Shown here: positions 10,019 to 19,980 of the stretch, one piece after another
Layout of the letters: each line of letters opens with the position of its first letter
Numbering within the stretch: position 1 is the first letter of the stretch
Source: an uncultured Acidobacteriota bacterium
GTDB taxonomy: Bacteria > Acidobacteriota > UBA6911 > RPQK01 > JAPXNP01
NCBI GenBank assembly: GCA_963777605.1
Contig: CAVZRV010000008.1
Location: forward strand, 64,001-128,000
Length of the DNA stretch: 64,000 nucleotides
Reading direction: 5' to 3'
Notes under the pieces: generated by a model
The model's database searches: none
Told to the model about the DNA's origin: nothing
Seen by the model: only the letters and a program-made list of their open reading frames with translations
Position numbers and translations under genes: made by a program

Positions 10019-10375
10019 CTACTTTGTAGCGATCGCCGCGTGTAGTGCATCGGTCGCCAGGTCAGCGCCGTGCCGCTTGTGTGGGGGAAGGCCGCCCAGG
10101 TACTCCAGGAGATCTTCCGGTCGGAGGGCAGCGCAATCGCGAACCGGAATGCCGCGGACCATTTCGGCCAAACCCGCCGCGCCGGCAAGGGCGGCGGGAC
10201 AACCTTCCGCGGTGAACCGGCAATCGGCAATCTGCCCGTTCTCGACCCGTAGAAAGAGGGTCACTCGATCGCCGCAGATCGGGTTCTCAACTGAGGCCTC
10301 ATGCGTTGCGTCTTCGAGGGTGCCCGAGTTCGGCAGTTGGCCAACCAACTCCCGGACCTTTTCACTGTAGTTCAC
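10019..10375 (-). CDS. IscU/NifU N-terminal-like Fe-S scaffold protein
   Basis: NPICGD, FTAEGC and LGGLPPHKRH motifs; overlaps the desulfurase stop codon. Confidence 0.85.
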   Translation of the reverse strand: MNYSEKVRELVGQLPNSGTLEDATHEASVENPICGDRVTLFLRVENGQIADCRFTAEGCPAALAGAAGLAEMVRGIPVRDCAALRPEDLLEYLGGLPPHKRHGADLATDALHAAIATK

Positions 10376-11547
10376 GAACGGACTGACCCCTTCCCAGCAT
10401 TCTGCATTCGCGTGATCGCCCCTCGAACGGCCTCAATTGCGTAGTCGATCTCGGCCTCAGAAGTCAGTCGGCTGAGGCTGAATCGAATGGCACTCTGGAT
10501 TCGGGGCTCCTCCAGGCCCATCGCGAGAAGAACGTGCGACGGTGAGACCGAACCGGAAGCGCAGGCGGCGCCGGTGGAGACGGCCACTCCCTGAAAATCG
10601 AGAGAGACCAGGATCGACTCTCCCTGGAGGCCAGAAAAGCTGATGTTGGTGACGTGTGGCGCACGGACAGCTCCTTCCCCGTTGACTCTCGCCGATGGGA
10701 TAGTCTCGAGGACAGACGCTTCAAGACGATCCCTCAGCGAGCGTACCGCAGAGTCCATCCGATTGAGCGCGCCGGCTGCCTCTTCACAAGCCATTCCCAG
10801 GCCTACGATCCCGGCAACATTCTCTGTCCCGCCCCGCAGTCCCCGCTCCTGGCCACCGCCGAGCATGGTCGGCTCGATTTGGGTTCCGGTGCGGACAAAG
10901 AGTGCCCCGACACCCTTCGGCCCATGAAACTTGTGCCCGGAAAGGGAAAGCAGGTCCACACCCAGGGAACTGACATCGACCGGTATCTTCCCGATCGCCT
11001 GGACAGCATCCGAGTGAACCAGGATCCCGTTCTCCCGGGCCAGTGCGGAGATTTCGGCGAGAGGTTGAACGGACCCGGTTTCGTTGTTGACGTACATTAC
11101 GGACGCCAGGATCGTGTCCTCCCGGACCGCGGACCGAAATGCTTCGGAATCGACCCTGCCGGATGCGTCCGGTTCGAGGTAGGTGACCTCGAATCCCTCC
11201 TCGGCCAGGCGTTCACAAGTTCGCAGGACGGCATGGTGTTCAATGCGGGTGGTGATGATGTGCCGGCCCCGGTCCGATAAGGCTCGTGCGACTCCCTCGA
11301 CTGCGAGATTGTCGGCCTCGGTACCGCCGCAAGTGAAGATCATTTCGCGGGGCGCGGCCCCGATCGAACGGGCGACCTGATCCCGGGCATTTTCCACCGC
11401 CGAACGGGCGTACTGCCCGAAGCCGTGAACCGAGGACGCATTTCCAAAGTGTTCTCTGAAGAACGGAGCCATGGCCTGGAAGACTTCGTCGGCTACCGGT
11501 GTCGTGGCGTTGTTGTCCAGATAGACGGAAGGTTTCTGGTAGGGCAT
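10372..11547 (-). CDS. iscS: Cysteine desulfurase (IscS/NifS type)
   Basis: YLDNNATT, GNASS, SGHKFHGPKG, RGGTEN and STGAACASG motifs. Confidence 0.93.
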   Translation of the reverse strand: MPYQKPSVYLDNNATTPVADEVFQAMAPFFREHFGNASSVHGFGQYARSAVENARDQVARSIGAAPREMIFTCGGTEADNLAVEGVARALSDRGRHIITTRIEHHAVLRTCERLAEEGFEVTYLEPDASGRVDSEAFRSAVREDTILASVMYVNNETGSVQPLAEISALARENGILVHSDAVQAIGKIPVDVSSLGVDLLSLSGHKFHGPKGVGALFVRTGTQIEPTMLGGGQERGLRGGTENVAGIVGLGMACEEAAGALNRMDSAVRSLRDRLEASVLETIPSARVNGEGAVRAPHVTNISFSGLQGESILVSLDFQGVAVSTGAACASGSVSPSHVLLAMGLEEPRIQSAIRFSLSRLTSEAEIDYAIEAVRGAITRMQNAGKGSVRS

Positions 11548-11655
11548 TACGGCATCATAACACCTGCAACCTTGACAGCCGGATTTCCCGGTCTTAAGAA
11601 ATCTTCATGCAGGAATTCGAGAGCGGTCAAGTCGGCGGAAAAAGTTTGGATCAGC

Positions 11656-11782
11656 TTGACATTGGACCGAGTCGATCTTACATAAGAGATAGTGACATTG
11701 AACAGTTTTGAGAAGTTTAAGTCACGATTGAATTGGATTTTTAGAAAGGTTTAATTAAATAGATGCTAAGGAGGCAATTGCT
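11656..11782 (+). promoter_or_regulatory. hsp20 promoter and AU-rich structured 5' UTR
   Basis: TTGACA at 11656 with a weak -10 (TACATA) 17 bp later; AT-rich leader with hairpins; AAGGAGG RBS. Confidence 0.5.
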
Positions 11783-12220
11783 ATGTTTAGCTTAGTTCCT
11801 TTTAAGAGGCCAGCACTGGTTCCTTCCAATATTGATACTATTTTTGATGACTCTTTTTTCAGTTTCTTTGAAGACTCTCCAGTTCGCCGGAACGACTGGA
11901 GTCCCGCTGTTGACATCGCCGAGACCGAAAAGGAATATCGGTTCGTATTCGAAGTCCCGGGTATGGAGCAGAAGAACCTCTCCATCAGCGTCGAGAATCG
12001 GACGCTGACGATTTCGGGTGAGAAAGTCTCCGAAACGCGCGAGAAGGAAGGGAATCTTCGGCTGGAGCGCTGGTTCGGCAAGTTCAGTCGGAGCTTCACG
12101 CTTCCCGAGACGGCTGATGCCGAGAACATCGGTGCGAGTCTTAAGAACGGTGTCCTCACGGTTACCGTAGCGAAGAAAGAGGAAGCGACACCGCGCAAGG
12201 TGGAAGTCAAAGTCAGCTGA
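11783..12220 (+). CDS. Hsp20/alpha-crystallin small heat shock protein
   Basis: WSPAVDIAET, EVPG, LTISGEK, ERWFGKFSRSFTLP and NGVLTV motifs. Confidence 0.95.
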   Translation: MFSLVPFKRPALVPSNIDTIFDDSFFSFFEDSPVRRNDWSPAVDIAETEKEYRFVFEVPGMEQKNLSISVENRTLTISGEKVSETREKEGNLRLERWFGKFSRSFTLPETADAENIGASLKNGVLTVTVAKKEEATPRKVEVKVS

Positions 12221-12271
12221 TCGCTTCAGCCCTGTCCCCGGATTTGACGGCGGACAGTTTCCATATAGATC

Positions 12272-12307
12272 GGGGTGGCGGCATTTCCCGTCACCCCTTA
12301 TTTTTTG
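12272..12307 (+). terminator. Rho-independent terminator of hsp20
   Basis: GGGGTGGCGG..CCGTCACCCC stem followed by TTATTTTTTT. Confidence 0.8.
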
Positions 12308-12312
12308 CCCAT

Positions 12313-12690
12313 CTATTCGAGAGCGATTGCCTCGATTTCCACATCGATCTTCATGGGGAGATCGGCCGCCTGAATTGTAGTCCGGGCGGGTGGCACACCT
12401 TCAAAATAGGACCCGTAGACTTCGTTCATCTTCTGGAAGTTGTTCAGGTCGCGAAGGTAGATAGTGGTCTTTACCACCTTTTCCAGAGATGAGCCGGCTG
12501 ATTCCAAAATCAGTCGGAGATTCTGCATTGTCCGGTGGACCTGGTCTTCAATCGGTCCTCGCAGCGGTTGCCCGGTTTCCAGAACCACGGGACCCTGCCC
12601 GGATACAAAAATGAACCCGTTTGCCCGAATGGCGGGGGAGTATGGCCCGGCCGGGGCTGGTCCGTCCTTGGGGAAGATTTGTTCTTTCAT
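12313..12690 (-). CDS. ridA: RidA (YjgF/YER057c/UK114) family protein
   Basis: APAPAGPYS, FVSGQ, NEVYGSYF, PPART and VEIEAIA motifs. Confidence 0.9.
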   Translation of the reverse strand: MKEQIFPKDGPAPAGPYSPAIRANGFIFVSGQGPVVLETGQPLRGPIEDQVHRTMQNLRLILESAGSSLEKVVKTTIYLRDLNNFQKMNEVYGSYFEGVPPARTTIQAADLPMKIDVEIEAIALE

Positions 12691-12770
12691 TTGCCTCCTT
12701 CATCACGTAATCTGAGAATCCTCAGGTTTTGGCGAGCATGTTACCCACCAGATCAAAGGCTGTCTACACG

Positions 12771-13427
12771 ATGAGCAACACCATTATTCAAAAATTGGAA
12801 GAAATGGGAGTATTTCCGATCATTGTGATCGACGATCCCGATGACGCGGAACCCCTGGGCGAGGCCTTGCTGAAAGCCGGGATGCCCTGTGCCGAAGTAA
12901 CCTTTCGAACCCCCGCTGCGGCCGCCGCAATCGACCGACTTGGCCGGCGCTTTCCCCAGTTGTTGCTGGGTGCCGGGACGGTGCTCAAGATCGATCAGGC
13001 AAAACAGGCAAAAGAGCTCGGAGTCCAGTTCATCCTGTCACCAGGTTTCAACCCGAAGGTCGTCGATTACTGTCTCGGGGAAGGGCTCACGGTCTTCCCC
13101 GGCGTCTGTACGCCTTCCGAGATAGAGGCCGCCATGGACCATGGATTGACCGTCCTGAAATTCTTCCCGGCAGAGGCGATGGGAGGCTTGAATTATCTGA
13201 AGGCAATCTCGGCCCCCCTGTCGATGGTTCGCTTCCTGCCTACCGGAGGAGTCAATCTGCAGAATCTCCCGGCCTACCTGGAATTCAAGCAGACCCTGGC
13301 CTGTGCGGGGACCTGGATCGCAAGGAAGGAGTGGCTGAAGCAGAAGCGTTTCGACCTGATTGCGAAGGAAGCCTCCCAGGCTTTGGAGGTGGTTCGAACA
13401 GTGAGAGAGGGAGGGCTGCATGCCTAG
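12771..13427 (+). CDS. eda: KDPG/KHG aldolase
   Basis: [27 protein letters not shown] and PTGGV motifs. Confidence 0.93.
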   Translation: MSNTIIQKLEEMGVFPIIVIDDPDDAEPLGEALLKAGMPCAEVTFRTPAAAAAIDRLGRRFPQLLLGAGTVLKIDQAKQAKELGVQFILSPGFNPKVVDYCLGEGLTVFPGVCTPSEIEAAMDHGLTVLKFFPAEAMGGLNYLKAISAPLSMVRFLPTGGVNLQNLPAYLEFKQTLACAGTWIARKEWLKQKRFDLIAKEASQALEVVRTVREGGLHA

Positions 13428-14448
13428 AGTGGTGACGTTCGGCGAAATCATGCTGCGATTGAAGTCTCCCGGCTTCGAACGACTGCTTCAGACGCCGGTG
13501 CTGGAGGCGACCTTCGGAGGGGGCGAGTCCAATGTTGCCCAGTCCCTGGCTCACTACGGAATTGACGTCCGCTTCGTGAGCGCGCTGCCCCAAAATGCCA
13601 TTGGAGATGCCTGCATTACCGAACTTCGGCGCTCGGGTGTTGACACCCGGCACATTCTGCGCCGCGGCGACCGGATCGGCATCTACTTCCTGGAAACCGG
13701 GGCTAATCAGCGCCCCTCCACCGTTCTGTACGATCGATCGGGATCGGCCATCGCCGAGTCGCAGCCTGGAGATTTCGACTGGGACTACATTTTCGAAGAC
13801 GTGGACTGGTTCCACTTCACCGGGATTACTCCGGCGATTAGTGCCAGTGCAGCTGCCCTGTGCCGCGAAGCCGTCTCCGCGGCCAGCGCCCGGGGGATCA
13901 CGATCTCGTGCGACTACAACTTTCGCAAGAAGCTCTGGAAGTGGGGCAAGTCTGCCCCGGAGGTTATGAGAGATCTGGTCGAGAGCGTCGATGTCGGGAT
14001 AGCCAACGAAGAAGACTGCCAGAAGTCCCTGGGGATCCGGACCGAGGCCGAGGTTGAAGGAGGCTCCCTCGACTCGGATCGCTATCGAGGGATTGCGGAG
14101 CGTGTCATGGCCGACTTTCCAAACCTGAAGAAACAGGCCATCACCCTTCGCGAGAGCCACAGTGCCGATCATAACGGCTGGTCTGCAGTCCTTCACACCG
14201 GCGACAAGTTTCTGAAGAGCCGGCGCTACTCGATCACCGACATCGTGGACCGGGTAGGTGGAGGCGACTCGTTTGCCGGAGGGTTGATTTACGGGATGCT
14301 CACCTATCAGGATGACCAGAAGGCCCTCGAGTTTGCCGCAGCCGCGTCCTGTCTGAAGCACTCGATTCCTGGTGATGCCAACCGGGTGAAGGTGTCCGAG
14401 GTCGAGGCCCTGATGAGGGGCTCAGGGAGCGGCCGGGTGCAACGTTAG
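13420..14448 (+). CDS. kdgK: 2-keto-3-deoxygluconate kinase (PfkB family)
   Basis: [25 protein letters not shown] and DRVGGGDSF motifs; overlaps eda. Confidence 0.9.
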   Translation: MPRVVTFGEIMLRLKSPGFERLLQTPVLEATFGGGESNVAQSLAHYGIDVRFVSALPQNAIGDACITELRRSGVDTRHILRRGDRIGIYFLETGANQRPSTVLYDRSGSAIAESQPGDFDWDYIFEDVDWFHFTGITPAISASAAALCREAVSAASARGITISCDYNFRKKLWKWGKSAPEVMRDLVESVDVGIANEEDCQKSLGIRTEAEVEGGSLDSDRYRGIAERVMADFPNLKKQAITLRESHSADHNGWSAVLHTGDKFLKSRRYSITDIVDRVGGGDSFAGGLIYGMLTYQDDQKALEFAAAASCLKHSIPGDANRVKVSEVEALMRGSGSGRVQR

Positions 14449-14557
14449 CCTGTGGAAGGGCGGTTCAGCAACAGACGGTTTGCGTCGGACCAATCGGAGT
14501 CCAAGGACAGACTAAAAAAGAAGCTGGCTGCCTCCGTTGTAGCTCTCTCAACCGCGC

Positions 14558-14586
14558 TTGCGCACGGGACTCATTCCGGCTAGAAT
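14558..14586 (+). promoter_or_regulatory. Sigma70 promoter of tRNA-Phe
   Basis: TTGCGC-17 bp-TAGAAT, 15 bp upstream of the tRNA. Confidence 0.65.
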
Positions 14587-14601
14587 ACAGCCTTCATTGA
14601 T

Positions 14602-14674
14602 GCCGGGGTAGCTCAGTCGGTAGAGCAGTGGACTGAAAATCCGCGTGTCGGCGGTTCGATTCCGTCCCCCGGCA
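14602..14674 (+). tRNA. tRNA-Phe (GAA), CCA not encoded
   Basis: GCCGGGG/CCCCGGC acceptor stem, TAGCTCAGTCGGTAGAGC D-arm, CTGAAAA anticodon loop, GTTCGATTC T-arm. Confidence 0.97.
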
Positions 14675-14879
14675 TTTTTGTTTTCCCCAAGTTAATTGGA
14701 CTCCCAACTTGCCTGGGTTATCGTGTATACACGATGCCGAACCACCTGCTTGACCGAAGAGGTTTTCTTCTTGGGACTCGATCTCTCCTCCGGCTGCGCC
14801 GGAAAATCTGGCAAGGTCGGAAGTGGAGTGGCTGAAACCCTCTACGGGAGTGACGGCAGGGGGGGGAGTTGACGAAGGC

Positions 14880-15689
14880 TCAGAACTCGAATTGCCCTCG
14901 AAATTTCATCTTGTTCGGGTGGAACGTTGTCTTCAGTGACCGCTCCTTCAGCGGGATGGTGACAACGGCGTCCTTCGCGGAGGGAGTAACCGTGGGCTCG
15001 CCGTCAATCTCACGGGGGAAGATCAACAGGATCGAACGGGTCGGATGATTTGCCGTGAAGGTGTCCCGAAACTCGGGGACGACGTAAGACCAGGCCATTT
15101 TTTCGACCGCCTGCCCGCCTTCGGGATTCTGCCCGAGGTTTTCAATCGTGACCGTGGCGCCCGCCACCCCGTCCGGGCTCTTCCGATGAGTCACCCGGTT
15201 GACCTGGAAAAGAACGTTGATTGCCGGCACAACCCGGTCTCCAACCTGAAGAGAGGCCTGCTCCATTTGAGGCCCCCCTTCGGAGGCGAGCAGGTCAGGA
15301 AGAAGCCCACTGGTTACAAGGATTAGAATCGGATTCGGGACCGGAAATTCCATCTCCTGCAACATTGCGGAGAACGATCCAGATCGGGCACCACTGGCTG
15401 ATGAGTAACGAATAGAACTCCCGGGACGGACTTCCTCCCGGCGGTCAATGGCTGCCCGCAACGGCTCGGCCAGCCAGCTGAAGCGAATCCACTCGCGGCC
15501 GGACCAGACGTTGGGTGACCCGCGCGGCCGAGTCAGGACACGAACCCCTTCCGAAGTGACCCAGGGAGACTGACGCAAGACCCTTGTTGCATCCCTGGCA
15601 GTCCAATCTTCGACGGGGCGGGACTTCCAGGACGCGCACCCAACGAAACCGACCACCAGGACAACCGCAGTAAAGGCTTGCTGTCGCAT
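14880..15689 (-). CDS. Hypothetical lipoprotein
   Basis: Signal peptide with FVGC lipobox; WT....A..VL..SPW N-terminal motif; no recognisable domain. Confidence 0.65.
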   Translation of the reverse strand: MRQQAFTAVVLVVGFVGCASWKSRPVEDWTARDATRVLRQSPWVTSEGVRVLTRPRGSPNVWSGREWIRFSWLAEPLRAAIDRREEVRPGSSIRYSSASGARSGSFSAMLQEMEFPVPNPILILVTSGLLPDLLASEGGPQMEQASLQVGDRVVPAINVLFQVNRVTHRKSPDGVAGATVTIENLGQNPEGGQAVEKMAWSYVVPEFRDTFTANHPTRSILLIFPREIDGEPTVTPSAKDAVVTIPLKERSLKTTFHPNKMKFRGQFEF

Positions 15690-15788
15690 AGTTCCTGCTC
15701 GTGTAGAGGGTCTCAGAGATGAAAAGGTTCAGCTCTTGACAGACTCTATAAATTCGAGGGGCAGATGTTTGGAGATAAGGACGATCGG

Positions 15789-16904
15789 TTACCCCCGAAT
15801 CCGCCGCACGAGCCGGACTCCGGTCCGGACCAGCGGGCCGCCCCGCTCTCCGTAGCGCTCAAGGCTCCAGTCCACGATGTCTCGGGCCGGCGTTTGTTGT
15901 TCTGCAGTTGGACGCCGAACCAGGCTCAAGGCCTCCCGCTTGCAGATCGAGGTGCAGACTCCGCAACCGATGCAACGCTCGGCGACCACTTGGGCCGCCT
16001 TCCCATCGAGCCGGATGGCTCCCATCGGACACCTGTCCGCGGAACACCGGCCGCAAGCGGCGCACCGTTCCGTATTCACCGAAGCCACAAAATTGCTGCG
16101 GGCAAGCACGAAGGGTGCCTCGAAATCCCTGACTCCACGCAAGAAGCCGCAGCAACAGGAGCAGCAGTTACACACAAATACCGGGTCCTCCCGGAAGTTG
16201 TATGTCGAGTGGACGAGGCCGGCCTCTTCGGTCTGATCCAGGATCTCCAATGCCTCGCGACGTTCGATGACCCGTCCCGCGTAGGTGAACCGGTCGAAGG
16301 CACCCTCCTGACAGGAAAGCTGGAGGCAGGTTTCGAGCGGATGCGGGCAGGGTTCCCCGGCGATGCCGCGTTCCTTCCGGCAGATGCAGTCACGGACAAC
16401 GAAGGACCGGGCTTCGGCAACGCGCCGGCGAAGGTCTTCATAGGGAAGCACGGAGAGTTCGGCCCGAATGGAGGATTGGGCCGGAATGACCCGCGCCAGC
16501 GCCGGGCCCCGGTTCCAGGCGCCAGTGACGAAGAATGGGTAGTAGGCCTCGAAAAGGCGCGCCAATTCGGCGTCCAGATGATCCACCTGAAACTCGTAAA
16601 TGCCCACGACCCAGGGCGCCAAACCGTACTGCTGAGCCCCGTCCTGCAGGGTGGAGTAAATCTGGCCCCGCGACGCCATCGCTTCCAGGACTCCCCGCGT
16701 TTCCTCGACGGGGCGGCGCAGGCGGCGCGCAATTCGTGCGGGGGGTTGCGGCCAGGGGCGCAGTCGCAGAGCAACCTCCGCATCCTCGGGAGAGAAAATG
16801 CGGCGCAGGATCTTCAATTCGATCTCATCCGGAGTGGAAGGGAACCCCTGGGGGAGGCGATCCAGGCGTTTGGCAAGGCGACGATAGACATCGGGCACAG
16901 TCAT
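15789..16904 (-). CDS. 4Fe-4S binding protein (N-terminal HTH-like region plus C-terminal dicluster ferredoxin)
   Basis: CICR, GLVH, CNCCSCCC, CAACGRC..RCP and CIGCGVCTSIC motifs; RBS GAGGAG before the ATG at 16904. Confidence 0.85.
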   Translation of the reverse strand: MTVPDVYRRLAKRLDRLPQGFPSTPDEIELKILRRIFSPEDAEVALRLRPWPQPPARIARRLRRPVEETRGVLEAMASRGQIYSTLQDGAQQYGLAPWVVGIYEFQVDHLDAELARLFEAYYPFFVTGAWNRGPALARVIPAQSSIRAELSVLPYEDLRRRVAEARSFVVRDCICRKERGIAGEPCPHPLETCLQLSCQEGAFDRFTYAGRVIERREALEILDQTEEAGLVHSTYNFREDPVFVCNCCSCCCGFLRGVRDFEAPFVLARSNFVASVNTERCAACGRCSADRCPMGAIRLDGKAAQVVAERCIGCGVCTSICKREALSLVRRPTAEQQTPARDIVDWSLERYGERGGPLVRTGVRLVRRIRG

Positions 16905-17110
16905 TCTCCTCAAATCCTGTTCGGCAACCAGAAGCCCTCTCGCTCGCGTCGGTCCGCCGATGAGTCAAGTGCAGTTCCACTTCTCATCGACGACTCCAGT
17001 TGCTAAAGTTTTCAAGAGTACCCTGAGACAGACGGGAGTACCACTACGTATAAGCCACGACGGCCTTTTGTGTAACTCCACAGGGGGTCTATTCTGAAAG
17101 CTCTTACCCG

Positions 17111-17839
17111 ATGATTAGACTGGTCGAAATCGCAGAAAGACTGTCCAACCAGGTAGACGGCCTGGCGTTCAGCAAGCCGGTAGACACCGTCTACAACCCG
17201 CTCCGGTACGCGTGGGACGCCCACCTGGCCTATCTCGAGAAGTGGGGACAGCCCCCCAAAGAGGTCATTCTTATGGGAATGAACCCTGGCCCTTGGGGCA
17301 TGGTCCAGACCGGAGTGCCTTTCGGCGAGATCGGCCTGGTGCGAGATTGGCTCGGGATCGAAGAGACGATCCGACAACCCGAAAGGATCCACCCCAGAAG
17401 GCCGATTGAAGGGTTCTCGTGTGGGAGAAGCGAGGTCAGTGGAGCCCGCCTGTGGGGTTGGGCAAGGGACCGGTTCGGCAGTCCCGAGGCCTTTTTCGGG
17501 CGCTTCTTCGTATACAACTACTGCCCCCTGGCTTTCCTCGAAGAAAGCGGCCGGAACCGAACTCCCGATAAGCTCCCGCGTTTGGAAAGAGACGCCCTGT
17601 TTGCGTTTTGTGACGAGGCACTGAAAGAGACGGTGCTGACGCTCAGTCCGACGTTCGTAATCGGAGTCGGAGGATTTGCCGAAGGGAGAGCGCGTTCGGC
17701 CCTCGACGGGCTCGCCGTAAAGATCGGCCGGATTCTCCACCCAAGTCCGGCAAGCCCCCTCGCCAACCGCGGATGGAGCCCAGCAGCCGAAAAGGGCCTG
17801 GAGGCTTGTGGCGTCAGTTTGCCTTCAGTCCTCGATTAG
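17111..17839 (+). CDS. SMUG1-type (family 3) uracil-DNA glycosylase
   Basis: GMNPGPWGMVQTGVPFGE, SEVSG, NYCPL and HPSPAS motifs. Confidence 0.93.
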   Translation: MIRLVEIAERLSNQVDGLAFSKPVDTVYNPLRYAWDAHLAYLEKWGQPPKEVILMGMNPGPWGMVQTGVPFGEIGLVRDWLGIEETIRQPERIHPRRPIEGFSCGRSEVSGARLWGWARDRFGSPEAFFGRFFVYNYCPLAFLEESGRNRTPDKLPRLERDALFAFCDEALKETVLTLSPTFVIGVGGFAEGRARSALDGLAVKIGRILHPSPASPLANRGWSPAAEKGLEACGVSLPSVLD

Positions 17840-18076
17840 CGCCTTTCTGAACGACGGCTGAAACGACGCGGCAGCACCGGACGCTGGAGAACCTGAGACC
17901 AGATTGCCGGTCTCGAATCCCACAAGCATGCTCCGTCGGTTCTTCCGACGGGGATTGCTCGCGAGAAAAGCGGGAGATTGCGGACCTTCACAATCGTCTG
18001 GCGCAGCTCAAACTGTCTGTTACGGCCTTGGTTTAACCTCTTGTCGGTGCTACTGTTTCGGCAAGGAGGATCCCTC

Positions 18077-19061
18077 ATGCCACGAATCGTCACCATGACG
18101 CTCGCGCTGCTGGTCGCGGCAGGGTTGCTCGGCTGCAGCACAGCATCACAGCCTGACACCGATTCGGCTCCCCCCGAGCGGGACCGCAATGCCTGGACCG
18201 TTGGTATTCTCACCGGCTCGTCACCGTTCGAACTCTCGACGCCGGAAGGGGTGACCAATCCGGTCCTGACCGCGTCGGATGTGACCGATTTCGACGCAGA
18301 CATCGTCGCCCATCCCTTTCTATATGTTTCCGATTCCAGATATTACCTCTTCTGCACCGTCAAGTTCGGGGCAACTGACGAAGGGGGAATCGGGTTGGCC
18401 GAAAGCCCGGACGGGCTGCACTGGAAGTACCGGCAGATGGTCATCAAGGAGCCCTTTGTGCTCTCCTACCCCTACGTCTTCAAGTGGGAGAATGACTACT
18501 ACCTGATCCCTGAAGCGCACACGGAGACCTCGGTTCGCCTCTACCGCGCCACCAACTTTCCTCTCGAGTGGACCTACGAAGGGGACCTGATTTCCGGCGA
18601 TCACTTCATCAGCGCTTCGCTCGCTCACTTTCAGGATCGATGGTGGATGTTCGTTTCCCCGGAGGGAAACCGGACACTTCGCCTTTTCTACTCTCCTGAG
18701 TTGAAGGGACCATGGACCGAGCATCCGCTCAGCCCGATCGTCAAAGACGATCCCGACATCGCCCGTCCCGGTGGCCGCGTTATCGAGATCGACGGCACCC
18801 TCTACCGGATGGGCCAGGACTGCGACCCCACTTACGGGAATCAGCTCCATGCTTTCCGAATCACCGAGATCAGCCCGACCGCGTACGCGGGAAGAGATGA
18901 TCGAACCCGCACTCGTCAGGGCAACGTCCCAGGGCTGGAATTCCGATGCGATGCATCACGTCGATCTTCACCAGGTCGGCGACGAAGAATGGATCGCGGC
19001 GGTCGATGCCCTGGGCAGATCCGCTGATTCCAATCCAGACCAAACGGCCTCACTGTGTTAA
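18077..19061 (+). CDS. Beta-propeller glycoside hydrolase-like lipoprotein (GH43/GINT1 N-terminal-like), frameshifted near 18890
   Basis: LLGC lipobox; AHPF, LSYPYVF, YLIPE and HPLSP..ARPGG motifs. The C-terminus (GWNSDAMHHVD..WIAAVD) lies in the next frame after one extra G in GCGGGAA. Confidence 0.7.
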
Positions 19062-19071
19062 GAGTGTCCCG

Positions 19072-19920
19072 ATGGTGGAATCGACGAATCCCGTTTCGCG
19101 GCTGCTGCTGGGACTGAACCTGTTCAGCCTGGACGCCCCGCTGGTTGCGGTGGCGTGGCAATGGGCGATCTCCCGCGAAACCGGCGTCCTGCTCGACTGG
19201 CACTACTACTTCATTCTGGGAGGCTCGGTCTGGTGCATCTACACGGCGGACCGCCTCATCGATGCATCGCGGCTTCAACCCTCCGAGACCCCGGCATCTC
19301 GAAGACTCTTTTCGCTGCGTCACTTCACTCCACTGCTCCTCATTTGCGCCTCCGCAACCCTGGCCATGGTCCTGCTTTCGGTCGCATGGTTACCCAGTCC
19401 GGTCCTCCTCAAATGGGTAGTGCTCGGCGGGGCCGTTGCGGGCTACTTTCTGCTGGTCCACGGGGTCCTCGGCAATCCACTGGCAATACCAAAAGAGTTC
19501 CTGGTCGCGCTGCTGTTCGCCGCAGGAGCCTCCATATTTCCCTTCTCGCTCGGCCGCACTCCCTGGACGACCTTTCAGGTTCCCGTTCTGGGAGCGTTTC
19601 TCCTCCTTTTTGGCAACGCCTGGCTCATCTCGAAGTGGGAAAGCCGCCTCGACCGTGGCTCGCTCCAGAGTTCGATCGCACTGGATCATCCTCGGGCGAC
19701 TCGGCTGGTGCCCGGCTACCTGGTCTCCCTCCTGCTGGCCGGTCTTGCGGCTGCAACTTTCTCCGCTCTTTCCGTCCCCTTCGGCAGCAGCATCTCAGTC
19801 AGTGCGGGACTCCTGCTTGCCCTCGACTTCGCGTCGCCGCGTATTGGGGTGGAAGAGCGGCGTGAACTGGCCGATCTGGTCCTCTTGACGCCGCTGGTCT
19901 TCCTGGGACAGTGGGGATAG
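19072..19920 (+). CDS. Multi-pass membrane protein, UbiA-like
   Basis: SLDAPLVAVAWQ, IYTADRLID and PKE motifs; about 8 hydrophobic segments. Confidence 0.65.
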   Translation: MVESTNPVSRLLLGLNLFSLDAPLVAVAWQWAISRETGVLLDWHYYFILGGSVWCIYTADRLIDASRLQPSETPASRRLFSLRHFTPLLLICASATLAMVLLSVAWLPSPVLLKWVVLGGAVAGYFLLVHGVLGNPLAIPKEFLVALLFAAGASIFPFSLGRTPWTTFQVPVLGAFLLLFGNAWLISKWESRLDRGSLQSSIALDHPRATRLVPGYLVSLLLAGLAAATFSALSVPFGSSISVSAGLLLALDFASPRIGVEERRELADLVLLTPLVFLGQWG

Positions 19921-19980
19921 ACCGTTCAGACCACAGGGGAGCCGACGGCATCCGCGACGATGTGCAACCTACACTGAGGG

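Noticed and set aside
11640-11782. CIRCE or HAIR operator upstream of hsp20
   Set aside because: Neither TTAGCACTC-N9-GAGTGCTAA nor CTTGAGT-N7-ACTCAAG is present.
14602-14880. Genomic island or prophage integrated at tRNA-Phe or tRNA-Ala
   Set aside because: No integrase and no duplicated tRNA 3' end were seen in the window.
18880-18900. Programmed ribosomal frameshift in the beta-propeller gene
   Set aside because: No slippery heptamer or stimulatory structure; a one-base homopolymer error is simpler.
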